From Phyllobates terribilis (lineage: Eukaryota): a DNA stretch of 64,000 nt. Position numbers and translations under genes: made by a program. The first letter of the stretch is position 1. Every line of letters starts with the position of its first letter. Below are positions 53,071 to 64,000 of this stretch, one piece after another. Below the pieces are notes generated by a model that worked only from the letters and a program-made list of their open reading frames with translations, did not search any database and was not told the origin of the DNA. Location of the stretch: assembly GCF_046119375.1 (NCBI RefSeq), contig NW_027363028.1, forward strand, positions 1,736,001 through 1,800,000, given 5' to 3'.

Positions 53071-55499
53071 TTGAAATAGAGGTGTCATAGGGACATATAG
53101 TTAGGGACCGCCGCCGATGAGTGGGGGCGCCATTGCGCAGGACAGGGTGCCAACCTCCACGTTAGGTAGGTGTGCTGATAGAGAGGGAAACGCTAGGGCA
53201 TTTATAGATCTTTTCCACCTATTCTTTGGCTGTTTGGTTTGGTAGGGCAGTTCTGTATTGACTAGACACACTTGCCCACACTGTAACAAAACCCTCACTG
53301 GCGACAACAGTCGCTGATGGATAGCACTCTCTTTGATGTCTCCAACATCGTTGACAGCCATCATTTCTGCTCAGCATGAATCGATTTTAACCAATGAACA
53401 GCACTGAAGTCCACTGTTCCCTCGTCCAGCGTAGATGCTACCTGGTCCATGCAAGTCGATGACGCCTGTGCCTGGTGGTGTGGTCAGGTACCCTAGCAGA
53501 CCACACTGATGTAAACTGTTTCGAATGGTCTGACATGACACTTGGGTGCCTCCAGTTGTGTGGCGTTCATCATCCAGTTCCGAAAGGCATTGTTCACAAT
53601 GAAGCAGTCATCAGTGTGGAGTGTGGCCAAAGAATGTCCACTTCTCTGCCTTTCTGTGACTTTTCCACTCTCTCTGTATCTCTATTGCAACCTGCTGATG
53701 ATGACACTCTGTGACACTCAAAGCTCAGTGACCACTTTCATCTAAAAACATCCTGCTTCAATTCTAACGCCTAAATTTTTTGGGCGATTCATGGATCAAA
53801 CACTTGTTGTGAATTTTGCCATTAAGCTCCTTGTTAGAGAACAGCAAGTTGTGCAACAAGTTCTGTAGGGTTTCTACTCACTCAGCTGCGGTTGAGGAAG
53901 GCACCAGTTTCATTAAAATGTCCAGGCTAGTTTATTAGAACTTCATAAACCACTCAGCATAAGCTAACAAAAAGACGCCCTTTTCCGACACAGTGAAAAA
54001 CAGAAAGTAAATAGTTCAGACAGTGCTGTGGGTTCGCCTACTCGGGTCAGTGTCCTTTAGCAAACAGCCTGGAGGTCTCCACAGTTCCAGTTACAGACAC
54101 TGAATGAGACACTTGGTCTTCATTTTATCTGCCATACCACACCCCCAGCTGGGACTATGTGAGCCCCACTCTTTGACTGCTCGTAAACTCGGCCCTGATA
54201 TGCCCTATTAACCCTCAGCACTATCTGTCCTTGAGTCTGCTTTCCAAGGCTTACATCACCAAAGCTACCAACCTCGATGATATATATCTCCCCTCAAGCA
54301 CCTGTGTTACATGCACGCCGCCTAAGCTCAGATAGGGGCGAGACCGATTAAATGAATTCGTTGGAATTCTGGGGGAACAGTTATTCCGGGCGACCATAGG
54401 CTGCAGCTTCTCTGAGGCACAGGACAGATTAAATTGCTGACCAGACACATTTGAAAGAGTCCTCATAAACGGTAGAACAGTAACATTTAATGAGGCATGG
54501 CCAATGCAATGTACATGTCTCTTTGAGCAACAGGCTCCAGTAATAACAGTACAATCTTCTTTGCAGCACAGCAGTACACAGTCTATTATCCTGTAGCACA
54601 GTACAGCACAGTTTAAATGCATACACAACCACAGGCTTTTCCTTCACAAGGACTCAATTGTACACAGCATTCTTTATCCTGCATGGAGAGGGGGGGGGGT
54701 TTGATGAGGGAGACGATCCCTATGACAGGATTCCTTCCAGTCCTTATCTTCCTGGTCGACAATACTCCACACTGTTAGCTCAGGGAGTCTATCTGACCTG
54801 TGTTTAGCTTCCCTCCTGACCTGAATTCTGTTTTCTTGCCTTCTGTGAGATACAGATCATAAGCCACCTTTCTCTTTGGCTCTGGACAGACAGTAAACAA
54901 CTTCCCCACAATCCCCCTGGAGCTTTCTAAAACACTCCCCTTCTCCTGTGACTGTGTTAACCCCTCTAGTTGCTGGATGCTTCTGGAGCACAACACTTCC
55001 TGTCTCCTGTGATTCTGTTACTTCTAATAGTTGCTGAATGCTTTTAAAGCAACAGCACTACTTCTGCACGTCACACCTGTCCGGCGGCCATCTTACAGTA
55101 CTGAAACATTGAACAGTTGGACATGTGTATCAAAACATTAAGAGATGGTCACATTAAAGAGGTTATCCACTGCAATGTGTAGTTGTCAGATGGATTTAAA
55201 CCTAGGAAATAAGGCTTTCTTCAAATACCTTGTGTTTCCAAATGTGCCTGTGAGCGGCGCTATCGTTGTCCTCTTAGCACCATCATGTGACCCCCGGCTG
55301 CAGTTGCCTCTGATGTCTGGTGACTTCACGTCAAGTTCCGGAATTGATTGACTGGGCTGTGGGCAGCGTTTCACCACATGTCACAGCCCAGCATCGTGTG
55401 CGCTCTCTCTTCACTGCTTTCATTAACAGAGTGCCGCAAGCCCACGAGATGCTGGGCTATGAAGTGATGAAACTTCGCCCACAGCCCAGTCAATCATTG

Positions 55500-56264
55500 A
55501 GACTGGGACATCGGTGATGTCGGGTCAACTTCCAGTTCTGGGAGTTTCCATTTTTGCCCAATCTCTTTCTTATGGTGGAGTCATGAACATTGACCTTAAC
55601 TGAGGCAAGTGAGGTCTGTAGTTTTTTGGATGTTGTTGTGGGGTCTTTTGTGAGCTCTTGGATGAGTCGTCGCTGCACTCTTGGGGTAATTTTGATCGGC
55701 AGGCCACTACTGGGAACATTCACCACTGTTCCATGTTTTTTGCTATTTGTGAATAATGGCTCTCACTGTGGTTCGCTGGCGTGTCAAAGCTTTAGAAATG
55801 GCTTTATAACCTTTTCCAGACTGACAGATCCCAATTACTTTGTTTCTCATTTGTTCCTGAATTTCTTTGGATCGCAGCATGATGGCTAGCTTTTGAGGAT
55901 CTTTTAGTCTACTTTACTTTTTTAGGCAGGTTCTATTTAAGTGATTCCTTGATTGAGAACAAGTGTGGCAGTAATCAGGCCTCTATATGGCTAGCGAAAT
56001 TGAACTCCGCTTCCCAAAGATGTGATAAACCACAGTTAATTTATGTTTTAATGGGGAGTTGGGGGGGCAATCACTTTTTCACACAGGGCTCTGTAGGTTT
56101 GGATTTCTTTTTCCCTTAATAATAAAGACCTTCATTTAAAAACTGCATTTTGTGTTTACTTGTGTTATCTTTGTCTAATATTTAAATTTCTTTTGTGATC
56201 TGAAACATTTAAGTGTGAAAGAATAAGAAATCAGGAAAGGGGCGAACACTTTTTCACACCACTG
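55500..56264 (-). mobile_element. Tc1 left-end fragment immediately upstream of the copy C first coding exon
   Basis: Peptide PSSGLPIKITPRVQRRLIQE...HDSTIRKRLGKNG and a TIR-like end CACTTTTTCACACCACTG. Confidence 0.72.
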
Positions 56265-56471
56265 TTGGTTTTATTAGTAGATGTAAAGGAATCTAAATAC
56301 TGTACAATAATCTCTTCATGTGTTCCCCTTATTATTCCCAGTAACTGTATTACACAGGATTTTTATGATGTTAAATCGGCTCATCATCTTCTCATTCTGG
56401 TCTCTACAATATCGGATCCTCTTAGTGAATATCTTCTATATAAGAGAATTTTCCTGAATTACGCATCAAAG

Positions 56472-57535
56472 ATGGATATGGACAGAGACAAGATGGCTGA
56501 GAAAATATTACACCTCACCCTAGAGATCCTCTTCCGGCTTACTGGAGAGGTGAGAGATTCTGATGACGTCACATTACATCATTCTTATCTATGGGAATAA
56601 CAGATGGACAGAACTGGAGAGGTGAGGACTCTGGAAATGTCTGTAGTGAGATTTATTAATGTGTCTCTCTATAACCAGAATTACACAGTAGTGAAGAAGA
56701 CCTCCAGAGAGCGCTGTCAGGACCCTGTGTCTGAGGGATGGGGAAGATCCCTGAGCCCAATCACAGAGCCTCCACCTCACCCCCTGATACATGAGGACAT
56801 CAATGACCAGAAGATCCTAGAACTCACCTACAAGATGATTGAGCTGCTGACTGGAGAGGTGACACTGCTGGGAATGCTGGGACATTATACAGTAACGCTA
56901 TGAAGGGATCGGGGGGATGACGGTATCATTGTATGTGTCAGGTTCCTATAAGGTGTCAGGATGTCGCTGTTTATTTCTCCATGGAGGAGTGGGAGTATTT
57001 AGAAGGACACAAAGATCTGTACAAGGACGTCATGATGGAGGTTCCCCAGCCCCTCACATCACCAGGTAATAGACAGGACTGAATACACACGGCCTATAAT
57101 TATCTGTATGTAAAGAATGAATTCAGTCCCTGTATGTGTTTCCTCCAGATCTATCCAGTAAGAGGACAACACCAGAGAGATGTCCCCATCCTCTTCTTCC
57201 ACAGGACTGTAAACAAGAAGATCCCAATTTTCCTCAGGATCATCAGGTAGATGGAGAGAAGGTGTCATGTGATCTCCCCTATGATGTGTAGACGGTTGTG
57301 AAGGTCTTGTGCTCAGTCTTGTTTTATCCACCAGTATTATATGTTTTATACTTGTGTAATGAGAACGGTGGAGATGGCAGGATTAGAGCTGATCATAGAT
57401 GTGACTTCTCCATCTGTCTGTGACTTTTATAATATTTGTTTCAGGGTGAAGATCTGACCCATATTAATACTACAGAGACATATGTGAGGGGTGATGAGCG
57501 GTGTAAAGAGGAGATTCCTACATATGACTACCCAG
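56472..57535 (+). CDS. KRAB-like (FAX-type) zinc-finger gene copy C, 5' coding exons (finger exon beyond the window)
   Basis: Exons 56472-56549, 56679-56858, 56942-57065, 57149-57246 and 57445-57535 are all GT-AG, open and collinear with copy B. Confidence 0.88.
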
Positions 57536-58289
57536 GTGAGTAGTAACCACTAAATGCAGAGAAGTCACAGATTCTTCTCCGTCACCGTCTGTGGCTGCTT
57601 TATCAGTGGTGTAGTCCGGCCGTATCACAATCGTGTGATCACCATTTTGCCTCTAGACCACAACATTCTCTTCCACCCAAAACTGTTTGAATGGCTTTGA
57701 ACATTGAAAGACCTTTTCCATAGAACTTACAACCTGGAGGATCCACCTACCCCCTGGGATTAGGAGATGCTGACCGTTACCTGCCCAGATCTGTAAACTA
57801 CAAAGTAAAATGACAGCGTATGTAGAATGTGCTGACAAGTGAGAAAATCACTTGAAGAAAAATATTATGATGGGCCTGTAAGAGAAAGCGGAGGGTAATG
57901 ATGCTGTTGGCTTCCTAGATCCCTGATATCTTATTGGATGAATCTACCTTCTCTCCCTTCTGTGCTGCTGAATGTGCTCATATGGTCCCTACAAGACCAG
58001 GTCCAGTCTCCCTGACCTAACTTAACTTTTATGATTGAAAATATTAAATGTGCAGTGAGGGCCAAGTGTGAATTTCTGTACAATAATAGGTGATTTACCC
58101 TTAATCCTGACTTTTCAATTTCTTTTAAAACCGACTAACTTCAAACCAGATTGTGATAAACTATACAGAAAACATTACACCTGTGCCATGATATATCTCT
58201 AAGCTGTGCGTGGCTGATGGCTGTAATATACATTTATTCACGTCTGCAGGAGATGTGTGGCCATGGCTCGAGCCCTGGTTTCATGGATT

Positions 58290-58783
58290 TGTTGAGGGAG
58301 GGCAATAACCCTTCACGGTTGACCAAGTGAGTGTCAAATTATTATGTTGATTGCAATCCACAGAAAACCATACGAAAACAATGTTCTGTATTGGGAGGAT
58401 TCAAAGAATCTCTGATCCCGTTTATTTTGCTTAGCATTTTATATTGTTTTGAGCATATCAATAGCCAATCACCTACAGTCATACTACAGTACTACAGGCT
58501 GACCAATGTTAGTACAATTATTACGGAAACACATATATGGTCATATTAGTTCGAAGCACGATGGAATTTTACAAGGTCAATCCTGGCCTAAACTAGTTAG
58601 ATAACAGGAGCGGAATGTCTGACAAAATACAAAATGTTATTGTGAGAAAAGTTAGTGTGGGAAAGATGAGGCGAGAGAAAAGAAGGAAAGAATGTATGTT
58701 ATGCAAGGAGTGATAATAAATGATTTTAAAACAAGCAGACAAAATGGAGTTGCTATAGCATGAATATCAATATGTCCTTTACA
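58290..58783 (-). mobile_element. 3' LTR (494 bp) of an endogenous retrovirus
   Basis: On the minus strand TGTAAAGG...CCCTCAACA, preceded by PPT TAGGGGGGAAAA, with AATAAA at 58426-58421. Homology with the copy A intron stops exactly at 58289. Confidence 0.85.
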
Positions 58784-58939
58784 TTTTCCCCCCTAAAAAT
58801 TATGTTATTATCAACATTAGAGGTGCTTTCCCAGGGTCATGCTTTGAGCCTGAGGGACATTGGTCTTCACTCAATTAGTGCCCTTGTTACCAATCGAGGC
58901 TATCGCGGCATGTCCATCCCCCCTTGTTGGTTGATATAA

Positions 58940-60584
58940 TCATAAAGCTCTGATCTTCAGACGTGAGGTTGGTCGGGGCGTGCGGGTGAAGGTCATCATT
59001 CCCTTGCCGTCCAGGTCCTCAATGCTGGTCACATCTGGGAGGTCCGTGTACAGTAGCACTGGATGTCTGTTAACAGCATTCTCCTTGCTCTCTGATGACT
59101 GGCAGGTTTTCCTCATGCAAAATGGGATACAATAAAAGACTAGTTTTAGTAAGACATATATTAACAAGATGCAAGCAGCAATATGCAACACTCCTTGTAA
59201 TATTCCAACAATCCATCCACCAATCCCTTTAAACCAATTAGCAGGATTTAAAAAGGAGAACATATCAGACCACCAACTGTCTTTGGTCAATTCGTTATGT
59301 TTGTTATATTCTTCCCTGAGTTTCCTAATGTCTTCCATTTTAGTCTTTAACCATATGGTAGAGCCGGGGTCAATATAGTGACAACAGGCTGGGCCTATAA
59401 CCTGACACATCCCTCCTTGAGCTGCTGTCAAATAGTCCAGCACTAAAGTATGTTGATTAGCCTCTATAATAAGTTGATTCTGCACCTCAACAGTAGTATT
59501 AATTACTTCCAGCACACTCCAAATCTGGTCATCTAAGTAGTCAGTGACTTCCACTAATTTGTCCCACATTTGTGTTACTATAGGGTAGAGGAAGACAGTA
59601 CTGGCTATCTTATTGGGCATACTCATTTGTACTAAATGAGGTCTTACTGATGGGCGTGGAGTGTTGTCCTTGGCACATTTATAGATGGTATGAAGAGGGA
59701 TGGTTCTCATATCTACTTTACTATGGGGAATAAGATAAATGGCTGGAGTTAGCCGGGCCAACGTACAAGTCCCCCCTACTCTGACTAGGAGCCATTTATA
59801 CGCATTATTCCCACAGACCCAATTTGTGGCTGATGGCAGATCCCATAAAGCAGAGTGCAGTAATACTAATTTATGTACCAAATCGATAAAAACTGTGTTA
59901 TTTGATAACATACACCATGAAGGCATTTGTCCCAGGGGGCTACAGTATCCAATATCCGGATTGCCACATGTTGGATCACTAGGCTTATATTCAGAAGATT
60001 CATTGCAAGGGATGTTACCAGATATTTTATAACATGTATCATTGGTACCTTTTATAAACAGATTTGCATGTACCCATGAGTGATTATGAATGTATCTTTC
60101 CAACAATGACGGTTTAAAAGCATCTGCCGTACTAGGAGTAGCATTAAAACTAATTTGTAGACCTTCAGTTGGTATGAAGCCTAAATTAGTCAAGGAAGAC
60201 TTGTTTCTGGGCACCCATTTGTTTCCTTTAAGGGCAAGACATTGTAGGTGTCTACTGGTGGCAGTAAGATTTCCTTGCCACCAGGGGAGATACAGTGGTG
60301 TTCCATAATCTACTAAACTTAGTAGCGTTATTAGCAAGGGCGTCGCTACAATTGGGCCAGTTTAGTATTTCTTCCAGAGTGACTGGGACCGCAAGAAAAG
60401 GCATACTAGTGGCTGAAACTGGTGAGTGAGTACATATCCAACAGTCACTGATCGGGTTGTTCTCTAATTGACTCAATTCTTGTACCAAAATCTGGTGGTG
60501 AGTAATGAACTTGTTATTAAAAGGGTCAGTACTCTGTTGTAGGCTATTCCAGGTATTGATTAATCTAACCATACATATTATCAT
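58940..60584 (-). pseudogene. env: Gamma-type envelope gene, one frameshift
   Basis: SU CWIC motif (ORF 60632-60252). The downstream ORF 60337-58940 has ISD-like ANQHTLVLDYLTAAQGGMC, CX6CC (CQVIGPACC) and a hydrophobic TM helix. Confidence 0.88.
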
Positions 60585-60592
60585 AACACATC

Positions 60593-63500
60593 TCAGGATG
60601 GTTGACGTTTGCAATGTGAAGCATGGATCCATGTTGACCTCCCTTCAAGTTTTACTGCTGTTGGGGTTGTAAGGAGCACTTGGTATGGTCCGTCATACAA
60701 TGGTTCTAGTCTGTGTTTCCGTACATGCCTCTTCACATACACATAATCTCCGGACTTGAGGGTTATGATAACCTTCTGCATCAGCTGGATCTGGAATAGA
60801 AGATGATACTAACGCATGGGTGTTAGTTAAGGCTTTGGCAAGCTGAATCACATATTGCACAACATGATCTGTTTCTTCTGATAATTGTTGTGGGGTAAAT
60901 CGAGCTATAGCTGGTTGTGACCCAAATAGTATCTCAAAGGGTGACAGTTTGTTTCCCTATGGGGGTGGTGCGTATGTGGTATAGTGCAATGGGAAGGAGT
61001 TCAGGCCACTGGGCCGTATCCTCCTGCATCATTTTGGTCAATTGCCTTTTCAGTGTGCTATTCAATCTCTCCACCTTGCCGCTTGACTGAGGATGGTAAA
61101 GAGTATGCAGCGCCACTGTTGATCCGATCATGGTAAGTATTTCTTGATATGCGCATGAGGAAAAGGCTGGTCCCTGATCACTTTCGATAACTTCTGCGAC
61201 TCCATACCGGCAAACATCTTCAGAGACCAGCTTCTTGGCAGTCATGTTTGGAACGGCGAATGCTTCTGGCCAGCTGGAAAACATATCCACTACCACTAAG
61301 CAGTATTCATATCGTCCTGCTTTAGGGAGAGTGATATGATCAACTTGCAATCATTGGAACGGATACTCTGGTTTAGCAATGTGTTTTGTCGGTACATTCT
61401 GTAATCTGCTTGGGTTGCAGCTTTGGCATATTGAGCAACCTTTCTTTTGTGCGCTCAACACGGTGGAAATTCCTGGGGCCCAATAGAGTTTCTGTACCAG
61501 TAGCAAAGCTTGATTCTTCCCTCGATACACCGGTCCATGGGCCCAGGCTGCAACGGCCTGATATAGGAGTCGAGGCAAACAATACAGTTGTCCCTTTTTC
61601 CATAGCCCATCTATCAATTTAGCACCCGCCTCCTTCCATGACTGGTGTTCTTCTTTAGAGACTTTTTGCTATGTGCAGCGTAGCTTTGTGATTGGAGGGA
61701 CCGGTTGATGATTTTCTACAGGTTGATCCTGGGTTGGCACGGAATTTAGCTGTTTGGTCTGCTGCCGCGTAACAGCCATGGACATGGATGTTGGAAGAAG
61801 AGCTGCTTGCATAGCATGGAGATCAGCAAGTGCATTACCTCTTGCTTCAGGGGCATCTGGTCGGGTATGAGCTTTTACCTTTACAACAGCCAACTGTCTT
61901 GGTAGTTGTACCGCTTCCATCAATTGTCTGACGCTTTCAGCATTTTTCACAGGAGAACCTGCAGTCGTGACAAAGCCTCTCCTTGCCCAGATCTCCCCAA
62001 AGTCATGTGCAATCCCGAAGGCGTATCTCGAGTAAGTAAATATATTCACACGTTTTCCTTCGGCCTGTTGACAAGCAGCAATCAGAGCTTTGAGCTCTGC
62101 TTCCTGTGCTGACATACTGGGAGGTAAGGCTGCAGCCTCTACCAATGTATCTTCAGTTGTGACAGCATATCCAGTATGAAACCTGCCAGAGGTGTCAGCA
62201 TATCTGGATCCATCCGTATATAACGTAAGTCCTGGGTCATCAAAGGGTACTTCCCCCACTAAAACAAGTGGAGTTGACTCCGCAGTAATTTGTTCCAGAC
62301 AATCATGTGGTGGAGCATCTTTCCCCTCTCCTTCAGGTGCTGGTAGCAGGGTGGCCGGGTTGATGGTGGTGCACCAATGTAATTTCACATTTTCTGTCAA
62401 AATCAACGTACACTGCAGCCGTAGGTGTCTCAGTGTGCACCGATGTTTAGGTTGCTGTAAACCCAAAACAGCCGCAATATTGTGTGGAGCATAAATGTGA
62501 GTCTCATGTCCAAGGATGATGTCCGCCATTTTTTCAAGTAACTGCTGTGTGGCGTGAACCGCTCGTAGACAGCTGGGGGAGGCCCTGGCTACCGGGTCCA
62601 GAAGCGCTGAGTAATAACCGACCGGGCGCTGCTTTGTACAGTGTCTCTGCGTGAGTACTCCGGCTGCATGCCCTCCTGTCTCGGAGACATACAAATGGAA
62701 AGGTTGAACATAATCCGGGTTTCCAAGGGCAGTGGCTGTCATTATCCTTGATTTTAGTTGCTCAAAGGCTTGTTGCAGCAGTTCTTGGTGGTCCTTGTTG
62801 TTTACACCAGCCAGAGTGTTTTCTTTTAATGCATCATATAGGGGTTCCATCAGACGTGAAGCGCCTGGGATCCATTGTCTGCAATATGTACATAGTCCGA
62901 GGAACCATTGCAGCTCTATGGGATCTTTTGGGAATGGTAGTAGGTAGATGGTCTTTCTTTCTTCTGTGAGATGTCTGGCACCCTGAGTAAGGCAGTGGCC
63001 TAAGAAAACCACTTGACCGAGGCAAAACTGAAGTTTCGAGGCTGAGACTCGACAATTCAGTTTTGCTAGATGCTTGAGGAGGCTAACACTGGCCCTGATG
63101 GACACTTGCTCCGTGGGGGCACACAAAAGAAGATCATCAACGTATTGTAATAGTACTACCTCAGAGTTGTCCAGCTGCCACGGCAGCAGACAGCTAGACA
63201 TGTTCTTTGCAAACTGATTAGGGCTATTCTGCGCTCCCTGCGGCATCACCGTCCAAGTCAATTGCCTGCCCTGATATGTAAATGCAAACAGAAACTGACA
63301 GTCTTTATGTAGTGGAATGCTGAAAAAGGTGTTTGCTAAATCAATTACTGTAAACCAGGCTGCGGTAGATGGTATTTGTGAGAGAAGTGTATGTGGGTTA
63401 GGCACCACAGGAGTTTCCAAGACTGTCGCTGCATTTACTGCCCTCAAATCCTGCACCAATCGATAAGCGGGCGGCTGCCCCGGTTGGGATTTATTCCTTA

Positions 63501-64000
63501 TGGGGAACAACGGCGTATTACACGGGGAGACGCAGGGGATTAGTGCCCCTTTCTCTAACAAGGTGTGAATTTGCTGGTGTAGACCTTGTTCTTGTGCATG
63601 TGTGAGCGGGTACTGGCGAACCTTGGGAAAGGGCGCTCCGGGCTTGAGGTACACCTGTATTGGTTCTACCGGCAATCACCCAATGTCGTCTGGGCCTTGT
63701 GACCACAGATGAGAAGGGATTTCCTCTGTGTATGGAGCTAACCTGGGATCTTTTGGGAGATTTCCAATCGTATCTGATATGTTAATCATAACCATGGGTA
63801 GCGCCCGTAAGATGCAGACCTCCTCTGTGTGCATCAGAGTTTGGATCCTTTAAAGTAAGGATCATCTGACCATTGTCCTGGTATTGAATTCGGGATCGGA
63901 ATTTAGACAAGAGGTCTGCTCCTAAAAGATTTACCGGGCAGATCAGGGATATGACAAATTGTGCCATTACTTCTGGAAATGGGCCAATCGGAATAGGTTT
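60593..64000 (-). pseudogene. pol: Class I (gamma/epsilon-like) retroviral pro-pol: protease, RT, RNase H, integrase; defective; continues past the window
   Basis: PVNLLGADLL, MPQGAQNSP, QYVDDLLL, YTDGS, AQEAELKAL, IESDQGPAF, PQSSGKVERLN and [14 protein letters not shown]. In-frame stops at 61671-61669 and 61353-61351; frameshifts near 60945 and 60780. Confidence 0.93.

Noticed and set aside
53750-55100. Possible LTR/leader remnant of another retroelement
   Set aside because: I could not identify paired termini, a convincing PBS or protein motifs, so no call is supportable without a database search.

Overview
Eukaryotic, repeat-dense vertebrate DNA, most likely anuran amphibian (inferred from the FAX/KRAB-type zinc-finger genes and the repeat spectrum). 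No rRNA, tRNA or CRISPR features were seen. The window holds a cluster of three paralogous multi-exon KRAB-like (FAX-type) C2H2 zinc-finger genes. Copy A (minus strand) has a nonsense codon in its KRAB exon, and its finger exon should lie just off the left edge. Copy B (plus strand) is complete, about 660 aa with 12 intact fingers. Copy C (plus strand) has its last intron invaded by an antisense class I endogenous retrovirus that runs off the right edge. Each copy has the same candidate promoter/non-coding exon 1 module upstream. A and B are head-to-head, with mirror-image CpG-rich 30-bp minisatellites between them. The rest is nested mobile DNA: two intact-ORF Tc1 elements and several decayed ones, piggyBac-like TTAA non-autonomous elements (one with a nine-arm alternating inverted-repeat array), Gmr1-like SCAN-gag and conventional Gypsy remnants, L2/CR1 LINEs, Penelope-like fragments, and hAT and Harbinger-type MITEs. 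Coordinates were read by eye; boundaries of decayed repeats are approximate.
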